From assembly GCA_963555755.3 (NCBI GenBank), contig OY820905.2, forward strand, positions 2,112,001-2,176,000: 64,000 nt of DNA. Reading direction: 5' to 3'. Made by a program: the position numbers and the translations under genes. Shown piece by piece: positions 23,478-35,164 of the stretch (position 1 is the first letter of the stretch; each line of letters begins with the position of its first letter). The notes under the pieces are model-generated. The model was not told the origin of the DNA, searched no databases, and was given only the letters and a program-made list of their open reading frames with translations. Origin of the DNA: Nitrospirales bacterium (GTDB lineage Bacteria; Nitrospirota; Nitrospiria; Nitrospirales; UBA8639).

Positions 23478-24584
23478 TTAAGATAATTTCACTTGATACC
23501 GTGTACTGCGACCAGCTCCCGAGGACATCAAGGCACCGTTTGCCACCAGCTCTTGTAGGTCTCTCGTGGCTGTCGCCTTTGAAGTCCCGGTGATCGCGAT
23601 ATATTTTTTGGTACTCATTCCACCTTGAAAGCCTTGATGTCCCTCCTCGAACATTCGGCGAATAACACGAAGCTGACGTTCGTGAAGCTGATCGTGAAAC
23701 CGGTTAAAAATTTTCGTTTTCTTCAAGGTAAAATCAATGTGTTCCTTAGCCATTATTTGCGCATCTAAGATCACGGAGACGAAATACTGAATCCAGGCGG
23801 TGATCTCGTTTGATCTTTGGGCCTTTTTCAACCCGGCGTAGTAGGATTTTTTATGAGCCTCAATGGGTTTTGACAAACTTAGAAGGATAGGTCGGCCTAA
23901 TCCCTGGAATAGCGCCTTTTCAGAAAGCGCCCTTCCTATTCTGCCATTGCCATCCTCAAAAGGATGAATAGATTCAAAATACAGATGCGCAATAGCCGAT
24001 CGCACGGGTGATTTTTTGATTTCTTTTGGTCCTCCCGGTTGCGTGTCATTGAACCACTGGAAAAATCCTTTCATTTCTTTGGAAACCCGTGGCGAAGGCG
24101 GCGCTTCAAAATGCACCTTCCATTTTCCGATTGGTCCTGACACCACCTGCATCGGTTCTTCATAGGTACGCCACACCCCAATCTTATGTTTTGCCTCTCC
24201 CTTCATAATCATGGCGTGCCATGAAAACAGTTTTTCCTTGGTGAGTGTTTGAGAAAAGGTATGGCGTACATCGACCATAAGTTCCGCAGCACCCTGGGCT
24301 TTGATATCCCTGATCGGTTCCGCAACGGGGTTCAGTCCCAAATTATTTTTAATGGATGACATGACATCCTGGCGACTGAGATATTCCCCTTCGATTTCTG
24401 AAGTCTTCATGGCCTCAGCCACCATCATGTCAATGATGGCTTCGGTTTGGGCATCCTCAGGCAAGGCCTGAAGAATCCCACTGACATGACCTTCCTTTTC
24501 CGCAAATGACAGGAGAAGATCCTCAATGTTCTTGAGATCATATTGAAAATGAGGCCAGTCTGGTAGTTGCCAGTTGAAACTCAT
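23478..24584 (-). CDS. Fic family protein (DUF4172 N-terminus, C-terminal HTH)
   Basis: NWQLPDWPHF, TSEIEGE, HPFEDGNGRIGR, SKATATRDL. Confidence 0.93.
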   Translation of the reverse strand: MSFNWQLPDWPHFQYDLKNIEDLLLSFAEKEGHVSGILQALPEDAQTEAIIDMMVAEAMKTSEIEGEYLSRQDVMSSIKNNLGLNPVAEPIRDIKAQGAAELMVDVRHTFSQTLTKEKLFSWHAMIMKGEAKHKIGVWRTYEEPMQVVSGPIGKWKVHFEAPPSPRVSKEMKGFFQWFNDTQPGGPKEIKKSPVRSAIAHLYFESIHPFEDGNGRIGRALSEKALFQGLGRPILLSLSKPIEAHKKSYYAGLKKAQRSNEITAWIQYFVSVILDAQIMAKEHIDFTLKKTKIFNRFHDQLHERQLRVIRRMFEEGHQGFQGGMSTKKYIAITGTSKATATRDLQELVANGALMSSGAGRSTRYQVKLS

Positions 24585-25156
24585 GAGCCGATTATACCAT
24601 TTAATCGGCTCATTTTTAACAATTTTTTGAGCCGGTTATGATATGCGATCACCTCAGCAACCTTGTCCCCCAGGCACACTTCAGATTTTATTTTGTGAGT
24701 AAAAAAAGGCAAAATTGAAAATGAGCCTAAGAATAGCGTTTCTGTTCAGATGACCTGTCTGCGTAGACCAATAATATTAGCGACGCAGGAAAAGCCAAAT
24801 CCAATTAGGAAAACCTGCATGGTACTTCCCTACGGGGTATAGTGTTATAAATTTCAATCTAGCTATTCCCCGTAGCTCTGCTACGTGGGTTTCATTATAG
24901 AAAGTATGATCATTCTTCCTCTGAATACCCCGTTGCTCGCGGCGGGGATCTTTTATTGGAATATTCCTATTCTCCCTCGCCCCTGTGGGGAAATCTGCCT
25001 GCGCGAAGCTGCTATCAACCTCCGTAGCCACTCCGGCGAAGGAGGCTCGGCGAAGGCTTGGGGTTGGGTGAGGGTTCTCTTCTCCGGAAGTTAAAATACC
25101 ATTATATCGTCAGGGAATTTCTGACCAAAGGGAATTGAGAAAGAGGAGAAAATGTA

Positions 25157-25453
25157 ATGCCTGAGTACTTCCTTGCCTATCATGGTGGGAGAATGCCGGA
25201 GAACCTTGAGGAACACATGGGGAAGTTTATGGAGTGGGTCGGCGGCCGTGGCAAGGCCGTAGTCATGCCCGGCATGCCCTTGGGACGGGCTAAGATCGTG
25301 AGCACCGATGGTGTAGCAGCCGATGGTGGGGCGAAACTGATAGGGTTTTCCATTCTGGAAGCCGACAGCCTGGAGGCGGCAGTTGAAATGGCGAAGACGT
25401 GCCCACACCTTGTGATTGGTCAAGTTGAAGTCGTGGAAATGAAGGAAATGTAG
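25157..25453 (+). CDS. YCII-related protein
   Basis: GFSILEADSLEAAVEMAKTCPH. Confidence 0.8.
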   Translation: MPEYFLAYHGGRMPENLEEHMGKFMEWVGGRGKAVVMPGMPLGRAKIVSTDGVAADGGAKLIGFSILEADSLEAAVEMAKTCPHLVIGQVEVVEMKEM

Positions 25454-25519
25454 TCTCCCGCGTCGGGATAGGGTGAGTCTTTCTTTGTCCTTTTGGATGT
25501 GGCATTGCAAGACCTGACC

Positions 25520-26987
25520 CAATACTGTTCACTTAGATATCTTCGGTGGTTTGATGGATGGTGTCCAGTCAATTTGCGCAACGGGCGGTCTCGGACGTTT
25601 GTACGGTGCGTATGGAGAGTTTCGGCGTTTCACCATCCTCGGCTTGATTTTTCCACGACTGGATTCACACAACAGTTTCGCCGTCGCCTCAAACAGCAGC
25701 CGATACCATGTTTTTTGGCGCTCAGGGGGGAAGGGCCCCAGATTGGGGCAGGGTTCGACGCACTAACTGCACCGTGGCCGTAAAAGATACCGTGCGGTCA
25801 GGGATGTCTGCCTGGGTGGCCCCTTGATACATCAACCAGCGCACGGCGTAGTGGGCCATCACCCATCCGTAGAACTCTTGACGCACCAACTCTGGCGTTT
25901 TACTGCGCAGGACGCGACGACGTTGCCTCAGGTGCGTCTTCAGCTCATCAAACACCAATTCCACCTCCCAGCGCTCGTGATACAGTTGAGCCAGGTCCTG
26001 GGCGGGTGCGCCTTGGTCATCCAGCAGCGTGGTGACGAGACGGTACAGCGGTTCGCTATTGGGCCCCTGCGGTAAGACATACTCAATCACCCTGATGGCG
26101 ATCCCATCAATTCGCTTTCTTCTGGCGCGTTCACTGGGATACAGATGGCTCAGGTACGAGCCATCGTCCAACAGCTTGTCAACTGGAAGGATCAAGCTCT
26201 TCGGCATGCGCCAGAGTAGTTGCGCTCCGGTCTGAAGGCCGGCCTGCCAATGGGCGTACCCGACAAAGCCGCGATCGGCCATGCAGAGCATGTCGGGCGT
26301 GAGGCGACGCACCAAGGGCGCGGCCACCTCCCATTCGGCCTGCTTATAGGCCCCTAGTTCGGCATCCAAAATGGCGTGACTGGCACATTCCGTCAAAATG
26401 GCGCACTGGGCTTGGGGGTAGCCGGCCTGCCCGGTTCGGCTCCCTGGGTACCCAAAGGCTTGCACATTGGCTTCCTCATCCGGGACCTCAAAGTTGGAGC
26501 CATCTATCGCGACGAGTCGGTAGCCTGCAAAAAAGGCGTGGGCATGCTCTGGACGAGCCAACGGGCGCAAGCAGCGCTGTCCAATGGCTTTCAGCGCCTT
26601 CCACGTCAGCCGTGAGCGGGCTTTGCTGATGGCTGATTTGACAACGGTCACGGGAGCAACGGGTTTGTGGTCTTTCCATGCCAGCCCTTGGGCCACAGCG
26701 GCAAACACCGCTTCGTACGCGGCCTCGCTGTATAAGCTCAACGCCATGGTGTAGTACACCACGGCAGAAGCGGGAAAGGTGCGGACACGTTCACTGTTAC
26801 AATGATGTGCGTCAAGTTCTTCGTTGATGATGGCCACCGGAAAGGCACGAGCCAGTAATCCCGTGCTCAAATAATCCGCCAATCGAGCCCCCGCCCCCAA
26901 GCCGACTTTCTTTCTTGCCATGTTGCCTCCTCCCAGATTACGTGTGGAGGCGAAGTATAACAGATTTCATCTAAGTGAACAGTATTG
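25520..26987 (-). mobile_element. IS4-family element, copy 2
   Basis: Same TIRs as copy 1; TSD AGACCTGACC at 25510-25519 and 26988-26997. Confidence 0.95.
25722..26921 (-). CDS. IS4-family transposase
   Basis: Near-identical to 9091-10290. Confidence 0.93.
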   Translation of the reverse strand: MARKKVGLGAGARLADYLSTGLLARAFPVAIINEELDAHHCNSERVRTFPASAVVYYTMALSLYSEAAYEAVFAAVAQGLAWKDHKPVAPVTVVKSAISKARSRLTWKALKAIGQRCLRPLARPEHAHAFFAGYRLVAIDGSNFEVPDEEANVQAFGYPGSRTGQAGYPQAQCAILTECASHAILDAELGAYKQAEWEVAAPLVRRLTPDMLCMADRGFVGYAHWQAGLQTGAQLLWRMPKSLILPVDKLLDDGSYLSHLYPSERARRKRIDGIAIRVIEYVLPQGPNSEPLYRLVTTLLDDQGAPAQDLAQLYHERWEVELVFDELKTHLRQRRRVLRSKTPELVRQEFYGWVMAHYAVRWLMYQGATQADIPDRTVSFTATVQLVRRTLPQSGALPP

Positions 26988-27104
26988 AGACCTGACCCAC
27001 AATCGACCCCCAATCGGGAAAATATTTCCAAGACAGAAGAGGAGCAACAATACCGAAAATTATAAAATTCGCGGGCAAGAAAAATATTTCTTCATTATAT
27101 AACC

Positions 27105-28022
27105 TTAATTGCAAATCCTATAAATCCTAGACATTATCCTTTGTCGGAAAGGGTATATCATTTGCAAAAGAGGCAAGAGCGGCACTTGCCACCAAGGGGT
27201 TGAATGCCCATCCTGGAAATCCTTGTCACTGATTCCTGTCGCGGGGTAGACATTGTAGTCGCGAACTTGCGTCCTAAAAATATAATCCCAAATACTGAAC
27301 AACGAACCAAAGTTCTTGTCTTGATATTGATCATCAATGGCATGATGAATACGATGCGACTGCGGGGTCACAAAAAGATATCTAAGCACGCCTAAATTAG
27401 CCCTGATATTCCCATGATAGAATCGAGAATACCACCTTTGAAAGAACAATAAAGCTACAATCGTTGGGACATCGAATTGTAAAAACAAGAATGGAATGAC
27501 CAGCACCGTATGGCGGACCAGGCATTCAACGACGTGATATCGGTAATCAGTAAAGAAATTCAACTCTCTCTGCGAATGGTGTACCTTATGAAAATGCCAT
27601 AGTATGGAAAACTTGTGATTAGCCACATGCTGAACCCAGTAAAGAAAGTCGGTCAGGAGCAAACCGACAACAAGCCGGACCCCTTCGGGCCATAAATTTA
27701 ACGCCTCGATAGTGAGAGAATTAAAATGCTGAACATAGAGGGATTTAAGCCATATAACATAAGTGGAAAGAACTAAAATGTGAAGTACAAATTCGTAGAC
27801 AAACCAGACAGCATCCTGGGCCAAGCTCTTACTGAAGATTTTTTCATTGGGCCTGGCGGGTAGCAACCATTAAAGAAGCCATGTAAATGATACAATGAAG
27901 ATAAATTCATTCGTGAATACAATATATCGAAACAGCTCGTAGACAGGTATGAAAAGGTGTTCCCGTGCGAGGCGAACAGCAGCGTCTATCCAGTTCGGCC
28001 ACTGAGGATTGCCATTGAACAT
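27105..28022 (-). pseudogene. Sterol desaturase / fatty-acid hydroxylase family gene with nonsense codon
   Basis: His boxes HVANH, HKVHH, HRIHH; in-frame TAA at 27870-27872. Confidence 0.82.
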
Positions 28023-28289
28023 CACGCAGCTCCTAAAATAATGATGATACACTCATTGGTTATGCTCCCCAAAAGAAAATCCCCCTCCTTCGCTCGCATG
28101 AATTTCTGCATTCGAATCAGTGGCCCAAAACAGCACGAAATTGAAAACCAAGTTTTACAACCGTTGGATTCTCTTGATATTTTCTAATGAACCTGTCCCT
28201 TCCATTCATTCACCCGTCGTGAAAAACTTGAGTTTTTCAGATACCAGAAAGGCTGGATGGATTTTTTGACCATACGGTCACAAGAAGGA

Positions 28290-28649
28290 TTAGGGTGAAT
28301 AAAGGGATTGCCAACCAAGAAAAGAAGCAACGGCTTCGTCTACTGATGAAAACACAGGCACTAGACTATCCAAATGCACCAGGTTGAAAATCTCCCGAAC
28401 GAATTCCTGCGGGTTTGCTAAACCAAATTGAATTTTCTCGGTAGCCAAGGATCGATAAGATTTGGTACACGCACTCAACATAATACTGTCAACGTAGCGA
28501 ACCTGGCCAAGATCAACAATAATTCGTTGAAATCCTTCATCCCTCACTTCCTGAATCGCCTTGAGAAATTCCAACCGCATGTAAAGGTCTAACGTTCCAA
28601 TGGGATGTAGAATAAGTATTCCATTTCTGGCTTCCTTTAGAATATCCAT
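28290..28649 (-). CDS. STAS-domain anti-sigma-factor antagonist
   Basis: IIVDLGQVRYVDS, VREIFNLVHLD. Confidence 0.85.
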   Translation of the reverse strand: MDILKEARNGILILHPIGTLDLYMRLEFLKAIQEVRDEGFQRIIVDLGQVRYVDSIMLSACTKSYRSLATEKIQFGLANPQEFVREIFNLVHLDSLVPVFSSVDEAVASFLGWQSLYSP

Positions 28650-28734
28650 GACATGTATCCTTCTCACGTTAACTTATCGGTCAACCCTTAAAAGGGTTGA
28701 GACATGGCCTCGTCGTTGGTTTCTTACACCGAAA

Positions 28735-28840
28735 GGGGACGCTCCCATTTTTTTTTGCACGGCTTCTTCGGTACTTTTCCGATTGACCAAAATTCGCGTT
28801 TACATTTCTTATTCCCATCATGGAAATAAAGGGTGCATCC
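28735..28840. mobile_element. ~105-bp mini-element with GGGGACG-type inverted ends
   Basis: GGGGACGCTCCCATTTTT ... AAATAAAGGGTGCATCC; inverted related copy at 31256-31358. Confidence 0.65.
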
Positions 28841-30450
28841 CAGGGTGAATGTTTTCTTTCCCACTTCCAGCATACATTCAATCAGTTGAAGTGCATTCTG
28901 GACATTTTCCCCTGATTCTGATAGAACGTGTGATATTGTTCATCACGGGAGAGACAGTGTGCATCTTCAAGCGATTCGTGTCCGTCCTGTTTGTGCCGCC
29001 GAGGAGTCTCGGTTTCAGGACGCCATGCGTGCCCATCACTACCTCGGCGCCCTGCCGAAGATCGGGAACACCCTCTGGTATGTCGCCTGCGTGGAGGGGG
29101 ACTGGGTGGCGCTGGTGAGTTTTTCCGCTGCGGCGTTGAAGTGCGCCGTTCGCGATGAGTGGGTCGGCTGGGCCTTTCGGCACCAGTTCGACCGGCTGAA
29201 CCTGGTCGCCAACAATTCCCGCTTTCTGATTCTGCCGCACTGCCACCACCCGAACGTGGCATCGCGGGTGCTCTCGCTCTGCCGGCAACGAATTCAGCAA
29301 GACTGGCGAGAGCGGTTTGGGTTCCCGCTGCTGCTGCTGGAGACCTTCGTGGATCCGACCCGGTATCAGGGCACGATCTATCAGGCGGCCAACTGGCGCT
29401 TGCTTGGATTCACGAAGGGGTATGCCCGGACTCGGACCGGCTATAGCGACATCCCGCACACGCCCAAGAAGGTCTTCGTCCTGCCCCTGCAACGCAATAC
29501 GCGCACCCTGCTGTCTCACCCCTTGTTACATCCTCAGTATCAAACAGGAGTGCCACGGATGCAAGTAACGGCTGAACACATGCGCTCGTTACCTGATTTT
29601 TTCAAGGAGATAGCCGACCCGCGTCGGGCCGAGGGCCGCCGCCATCGGCTCGAAGTGGTGTTGGCCCTTGCCGCAGCCGCCACCCTCTGTGGGCGGCACG
29701 GCTACAAAGCGATGGCGGATTGGGCTCAGGCGCTGGGGCCGAAAGCGCGCGCCCGGTTTCGCTGCCGGTTTCGAAATCGACAGTATCTCGTGCCCAGCGA
29801 AAGCATCATCCGGGACGTGCTGATTCGAGTCGATCCTGCCGACCTGGATCACGCCCTCCAAGGCTGGAATGCCCACTATGGCGCCGTCGACGAAAGCCTG
29901 GCGATCGATGGGAAGACCATGTGCAACGCCATTGATGAGGCCGGACGCCAGACCCACATCATGAGCGTGGTCGGGCAACAGAGTGCCCAGTGCTACACCC
30001 AAAAAAAGTGGGCACGCTACCGGTAGAAGGGCGTGATGAGGCGAAGCAGACCAATGAAATCAAAACGGCCATCCCGCTGCTGGACGCCATCGAGATCCGC
30101 GGCAAGACCATCAGTGCCGATGCCCTGCTCACCCAACGCGAGCTCGCCCGCTATCTCGTGGAAGAGCGTGGGGCCCACTACCACTTCACCGTCAAGGGTA
30201 ATCAAAAACATCTGCTGGAAGAAACGGCCTTCTATTTTGCCCCCTGTGAGCACCCGCCGAATTTCACCACCACCGATGGCGACCATGGCCGGCTCGAAAT
30301 CCGCAAGATCTGGGTCACCACCGAGCTCAACGCCTACCTGAACTTCCCGCATGTCGGGCAAGCCTTTATGGTAGAACGGTTCACGAGAGACAAAAAGAGT
30401 GGTAAAGACCGATCCGATATTGCCTATGGCATCACCAGCAAACCGCCTGC
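28841..30450 (+). mobile_element. ISAs1-family element with N-terminal DUF4338-like domain, 3' truncated
   Basis: CAGGG left end; NNSRFLILP/LLETFVD domain, then ADPRR, AIDGKT, DALLTQ, VKGNQ, DHGRLEIR; frame change at A7G near 30001. Confidence 0.88.
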
Positions 30451-30593
30451 AATGAGTTTTTTGACCATACCGGGTTTAAAGGGATTAGGTCTCTAGCCAC
30501 CTTGACGCGGCTACGAAACTAATTGGACAATCATGAGATCCCGAATCCTTGCCTTAGGTAAGGACCGGGCTTGACGTTCTCATAGGCCCTGGA

Positions 30594-31130
30594 ATGCAAC
30601 CCTTTTCTCAACACGCATTTGGTCAGCTTCTTTTCATCTCCCTATTCATCATGAGCCTCTGGCTTCAGCCTGCGTATGCTCGGGGCTACCTCAATAGTGG
30701 ATGGAAATTATCCGCCCTTCCCATCAGCATTCACCGGTCCCACATTGGACCCCGGCTGGTTGGGAGGGGCGGGATTCGTTCTTGGTCCAGGGGAAGCCAC
30801 CTGCACCATCAGAAATTTCATTTCGGGCGAGGGACTTCGAGGCTGGAAAATCGTTCCGTCCGAAATCGACACATATTATTTCAAGACCCATTTATCTTAC
30901 CTCTCCCCCCGGCCTACTCGCCCGACACCTTTGACCCCTCCGCTCTAATCATTGTGATTCCCCCTGGGGAACCGAGTGAAGCGCAAGCCGAAGAACCCCC
31001 CAAGCCTTTTAAGAGCGGGCCGCCGCTTATTATTGAGGAGCGATGTGGGGTATTTGTAAAAATCCCCTGGCCAGAATCTGGAAGATTGTACGAGGAAGAG
31101 CAGCCTGAGCAGTGCCCTGAATCAGACTGA
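30594..31130 (+). CDS. Hypothetical secreted protein
   Basis: 178-aa ORF with a signal-peptide-like N-terminus. Confidence 0.55.
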   Translation: MQPFSQHAFGQLLFISLFIMSLWLQPAYARGYLNSGWKLSALPISIHRSHIGPRLVGRGGIRSWSRGSHLHHQKFHFGRGTSRLENRSVRNRHILFQDPFILPLPPAYSPDTFDPSALIIVIPPGEPSEAQAEEPPKPFKSGPPLIIEERCGVFVKIPWPESGRLYEEEQPEQCPESD

Positions 31131-31255
31131 CTCGTTTGGTCCAAAACTCATCCAGCCTTCCGGTATCTGAAATATTCAAGTTCTTCCATAGGCCCTGGGT
31201 CACTTCCATAGGGTTACCAACGGGGCATTCCTTACAGCGCAGCCCGTGGTTCGTT

Positions 31256-31358
31256 GGAAAGGGGACGGGAAAGGGGACGCTACCCTTTATTTTCATGATG
31301 GGAGCAGGAAATTTATTCGCTATTTTTGGTCAATCGGAAAAGTACTGAAGAGGCCGTG
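31256..31358. repeat. Inverted partial copy of the 28735 mini-element with a duplicated end
   Basis: GGAAAGGGGACG x2, then sequence reverse-complementary to 28757-28840. Confidence 0.7.
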
Positions 31359-31530
31359 AGCTGTCAATCCCATCAATCAGGGAATGAATACCACAGCAGT
31401 CAGGTGAGTGGTTGACGGAGGTCCTGCCCTACTTGCCCCCGCCCTTATGCACTGGCTTAGTCGGACTCATTGGCTACCGGATGAAGAAGGCACAAACGTA
31501 AACGAGCAATCTGAAAAGACGACCACACAT

Positions 31531-31564
31531 AAGAGCCCCATCGTTTCGGCAGTGGGGCTTTTTT
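31531..31564 (+). terminator. Putative intrinsic terminator
   Basis: AGCCCCA...TGGGGCT stem followed by a T run. Confidence 0.45.
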
Positions 31565-31820
31565 GTTGGTCACTTGTCACAAGTAGCCTTTCACACAGGA
31601 GAAGGTGCTGCGGCATCCGATTCACAAGGTCTGCGAGGAGTGGTTGGGACTGGACGCCTCGCACGAAATGGTTTGTGGGGGAACTCGGGTGGGAAAACCT
31701 AGGTGGGCGAGAATCTTGACAATCGCCACAAGTCAATACTCATGCCTGACCCCAATGCTATGCAGACGGGTCGGGGCATGACGACACCTTCAACGAATCT
31801 ATATCATGAAACAAGCTTCA

Positions 31821-31856
31821 TGACCCCTACTCTGCCCCCTACTCCTGCCCCTACTC
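31821..31856 (+). repeat. TG(A)CCCCTACTC tandem array (x3)
   Basis: tgacccctactc tgcccctactc ctgcccctactc. Confidence 0.75.
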
Positions 31857-31991
31857 CCTCATCAAGGGATTTTGTAGAGGACAAAGCCAATATTGGCTCT
31901 GGAAGGAAAAGGAAGGTCGGGCACAACGTGAGAACAAAAAGACAGGAGGCAAGCGTATGGGGTAAAACAAATGGTAGGGACTAAATTGTTT

Positions 31992-33080
31992 CTTGAATTC
32001 ACATAATAAGTGCACCACCTTCACGGTTGGCTAGCTGGTATATTCTCTGGCCGACCAAAGGAGGCGGTGCCCAGATGACACAACGTTATACTCAGCTGAC
32101 CGAACTTGAGCGCTACCACTTGTACACGATGCGAAAGCCAAACAAACCCTTTCGAGAGATTGCGAAGGGAATGGGGCGATCCCACACCACCCTGAGTCGG
32201 GAGGAAACGCGGACCACCGGCCAGCGGGGCTATCGCGACCAACAAGCCCAGCAGAAGGCGGGCCAGCGACACACGGACAAGCCCAAAGCCGTGAAGCTGA
32301 CGGAGTCGGTGCTGGCGTATAGTCACGAGAAACTTCACGCCTGGTGGAGTCCAGAGCAAATATGTGGACGCGTGGGGCTCGAGCAGGGCGTCTCGTTACG
32401 CCCAGAAACGATCTATCGCGTGGGGCTGAAAGACCCGCAGCAAGGCGGGCAACTCTATCGGCACGTGCGCCACCACGCCACGCCGTACCGCAAGCGCTAT
32501 GGCCGCAAGGAATATCGGGGACGCATCCCGGGCCGAGTCGAGATTGCCGAGCGTCCGACCGTCGTGGACACCCGCGCACGGGTCGGCGAGTGGGACGCCG
32601 ATTTAGTGATTGGCCGCGGGCATAACGGGGCCATCGTGACGCTGGCCGAGCGACGGTCTCGGCTCTATCTGGCGCTGCCGAGCGTGCGCAAAACCGCGGA
32701 CTGGACCACACGGGCGATCCCCTCACTGTTAGCGGCCTTTAAGGACTGGACCCCCACCATCACCTATGACAATGGCCGAGAGTGCAACGGCCACGCCACC
32801 ATTGCCAAGGCCTTGGACTGCCAGGGCTTCGTTGCTCGCCCGTACCACAGGTGGGAGCGAGGCTTACACGAGAATAGCAACGGGCGGCTCCGACAGTATT
32901 TTCCCACGGAGATGCCGCTCGACACGGGGTCCACGGAAGCGGTCACTACTGCCGTGGAGGCCATGAATCATCGACCCCGGAAATGCTTGGCGTTTCAAAC
33001 GCCTTGGGACGTGTTCTCGCGACTCACTCAATCAAATATTCAATTGAAAACCTGTGGTGCACTTATGGGTTGAATTCGCC
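31992..33080 (+). mobile_element. IS30-family element (transposase 32075-33073, probably degenerate)
   Basis: TIR core GAATTCA..ATAAGTGCACCA; WSPEQI, GEWDADLVIG, ITYDNG, WERGLHENSNG. Confidence 0.88.
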
Positions 33081-33110
33081 GTTCTTTGCTGTCGAGGCAG
33101 TGACTCTTTT

Positions 33111-34859
33111 TCAACTGTTAGCACATGCGACGTGAATGCCGGACTCATCTTCGTTTTCAAAGGTAAAGAAGAAGGTTGCTCCGTCCCCTACGGCCGACTC
33201 AGCCCAAATGCGCCCATTATGCAATCGAATAATACGCTGGACCGTGGCTAATCCAATACCGAGACACGGAAATTCGCTCAACCCATGTAATCGTTGAAAG
33301 GCCATAAACAATTTATCGGCATACGCCATATCGAACCCAGTGCCATTATCATGCACAAAATACACGGGGTTACTGGTGTGCTGTGACATCCCTAATTCGA
33401 TTCGGGCGGATTCGACCTGGCTGGTAAACTTCCACGCATTCCCGAGGAGGTTTTCTAGGGCGACCCGGACTAAGGAGGTATCCCCGATTGCTCGCAACCC
33501 TTCGGCAACGGTCCACTCCACCTGTCGTTCGGGTTCGGCACTTTGAAGGTCGGTCAATACCGACTGGGCAAGGGTCGTGAGGTCGACGGCTTCCACCTCG
33601 AGTTCAGTTCGGGAAAGCCGAGCGAGATTGAGCAGGGCATCAATCTGTTTGGCCATGCGTTGGCTTGCCTCTCGCGCCCGCTGGAGGTAACGTTGGGAAG
33701 TGGGATCAAGTGTGTGCCTGGAGTCTTCCCACACCGCCTGACAGAATCCGTCAATCCCGCGCAAGGGGGCTCGAAGGTCATGGGCCACGGAGTAGCTAAA
33801 GGCTTCCAATTCTTTGTTTGAGACTTCGAGCTCAGCTTTTCCGCGCATGAGATCGGTGTTCAGGTTGCGAATGTCCTCCTCCGCCCGTTTCCGTTCGGCA
33901 ATCTCCGACATGAGGAGCGAATTGGCCTCTTCCAACTTGGCTGTTCGTTCGTGAACCCGAAGCTCTAACACATCATGGGCTTTGCGCAGTTCTTCCTCAG
34001 CCTGCTTTCGTTTCGTGATATCTTGAGCCACGCAGACGATTCCCTGAAAGTGACCTTGGTCATCCATCAGGACTGCACCAGAAAATGCCACCGGAATGGT
34101 CCGGTGATCTTTTGTCATATACGTTGACTCGAGCGCACACATCGAGCCGTCTTTTAATAACTCCTCTATGAACGTTCCTTGAATTAATTCTTCACCAAAG
34201 ATGAGACGAGTATGCTGTCCAATCAACTCCTGCTCTTCGAATCCTAACAGAGCCAGCGTGGCCTGATTAATGACCCGAATGGTCATGTCCGCGTCGATGA
34301 CCACGAGGGTATCGTTCATCGACTTGATGATATTGTCCACGTAGGCCTTTGACATGGCGACCTGATGATGAGCGTCCTCCAGTTCCTGATGGTTGTGTTC
34401 AAGCTCGGTTTGCGCGTGCTTCAACTCGTGCAAGACCTTGTCCACGGTAGCTTTTTCGCGATACAGGTCAAGAAAGACCTTCACTTTACTTTGGAGGATG
34501 TCGGGATTAACAGGTTTAAACAGGTAATCCACGGCTCCCAATTGATACCCCTTTGAGATATATTCTCCTTCTTTGTTCATCGCGGTCACAAAGATGATGG
34601 GCACATGACTGGACTGTGCATACTCTTGGATCAGTGAGACCGTTTCAAACCCATCCATCTCGGGCATCTGCACATCCATCAAAATAAGGGCAAAACGATG
34701 ACGCAGCACCTGAGACAGCGCTTGATTGCCGGACAAGCCTGTCAGGACCTCAGCGTCCAGTGGCTTTAACAACGTGGCCATGGCAAAGAGATTCTCTTGC
34801 CGATCATCAACCACGAGGATCTTTGGACGTGCTGTTACCTGATGGGATACTTCGTTCAT
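33111..34859 (-). CDS. Hybrid sensor histidine kinase (REC-PAS-HisKA-HATPase)
   Basis: ILVVDD/LMDVQMPEMDG, PAS/PAC, FSYSVAHDLRAPL, NLLGNAWKF, DNGTGFD. Confidence 0.93.
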   Translation of the reverse strand: MNEVSHQVTARPKILVVDDRQENLFAMATLLKPLDAEVLTGLSGNQALSQVLRHRFALILMDVQMPEMDGFETVSLIQEYAQSSHVPIIFVTAMNKEGEYISKGYQLGAVDYLFKPVNPDILQSKVKVFLDLYREKATVDKVLHELKHAQTELEHNHQELEDAHHQVAMSKAYVDNIIKSMNDTLVVIDADMTIRVINQATLALLGFEEQELIGQHTRLIFGEELIQGTFIEELLKDGSMCALESTYMTKDHRTIPVAFSGAVLMDDQGHFQGIVCVAQDITKRKQAEEELRKAHDVLELRVHERTAKLEEANSLLMSEIAERKRAEEDIRNLNTDLMRGKAELEVSNKELEAFSYSVAHDLRAPLRGIDGFCQAVWEDSRHTLDPTSQRYLQRAREASQRMAKQIDALLNLARLSRTELEVEAVDLTTLAQSVLTDLQSAEPERQVEWTVAEGLRAIGDTSLVRVALENLLGNAWKFTSQVESARIELGMSQHTSNPVYFVHDNGTGFDMAYADKLFMAFQRLHGLSEFPCLGIGLATVQRIIRLHNGRIWAESAVGDGATFFFTFENEDESGIHVACANS

Positions 34860-35110
34860 GCTCACGACCTCACCCGACGCCGCAGGACGTTGAAACCTTC
34901 CCTGAGCCTCCCGAAGGAAAGCATGCCCTGGGCGATGGCCAATCCGCCGAGGGACGTGCATAATTGACTCGGGGAGTCACTTGATAGACTGAAAGACCGA
35001 CCAGGTTCGACCAACAAATGATAGTCCGGTGGAGCGAGGTACAGTTTCCAGCCTGGATCGCTTCCATGGCAATGACCCGCCGCTTGATTTGACACAATAG
35101 AATCGAACAC
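34856..35110 (-). pseudogene. cheB: CheB-type methylesterase fragment
   Basis: YLAPPDYHLLVEPGRSFSLS..VNYARPS in broken frames, abutting the kinase start. Confidence 0.65.
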
Positions 35111-35164
35111 TGCACGACAACGTCTGTCTCTTCCCATCCGTCCCCCCCTCTCTACTGGCTAGTG

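Noticed and set aside
31380..31530. Riboswitch or sRNA upstream of the terminator
   Set aside because: No family consensus recognised by eye; an Rfam/Infernal search would be needed.
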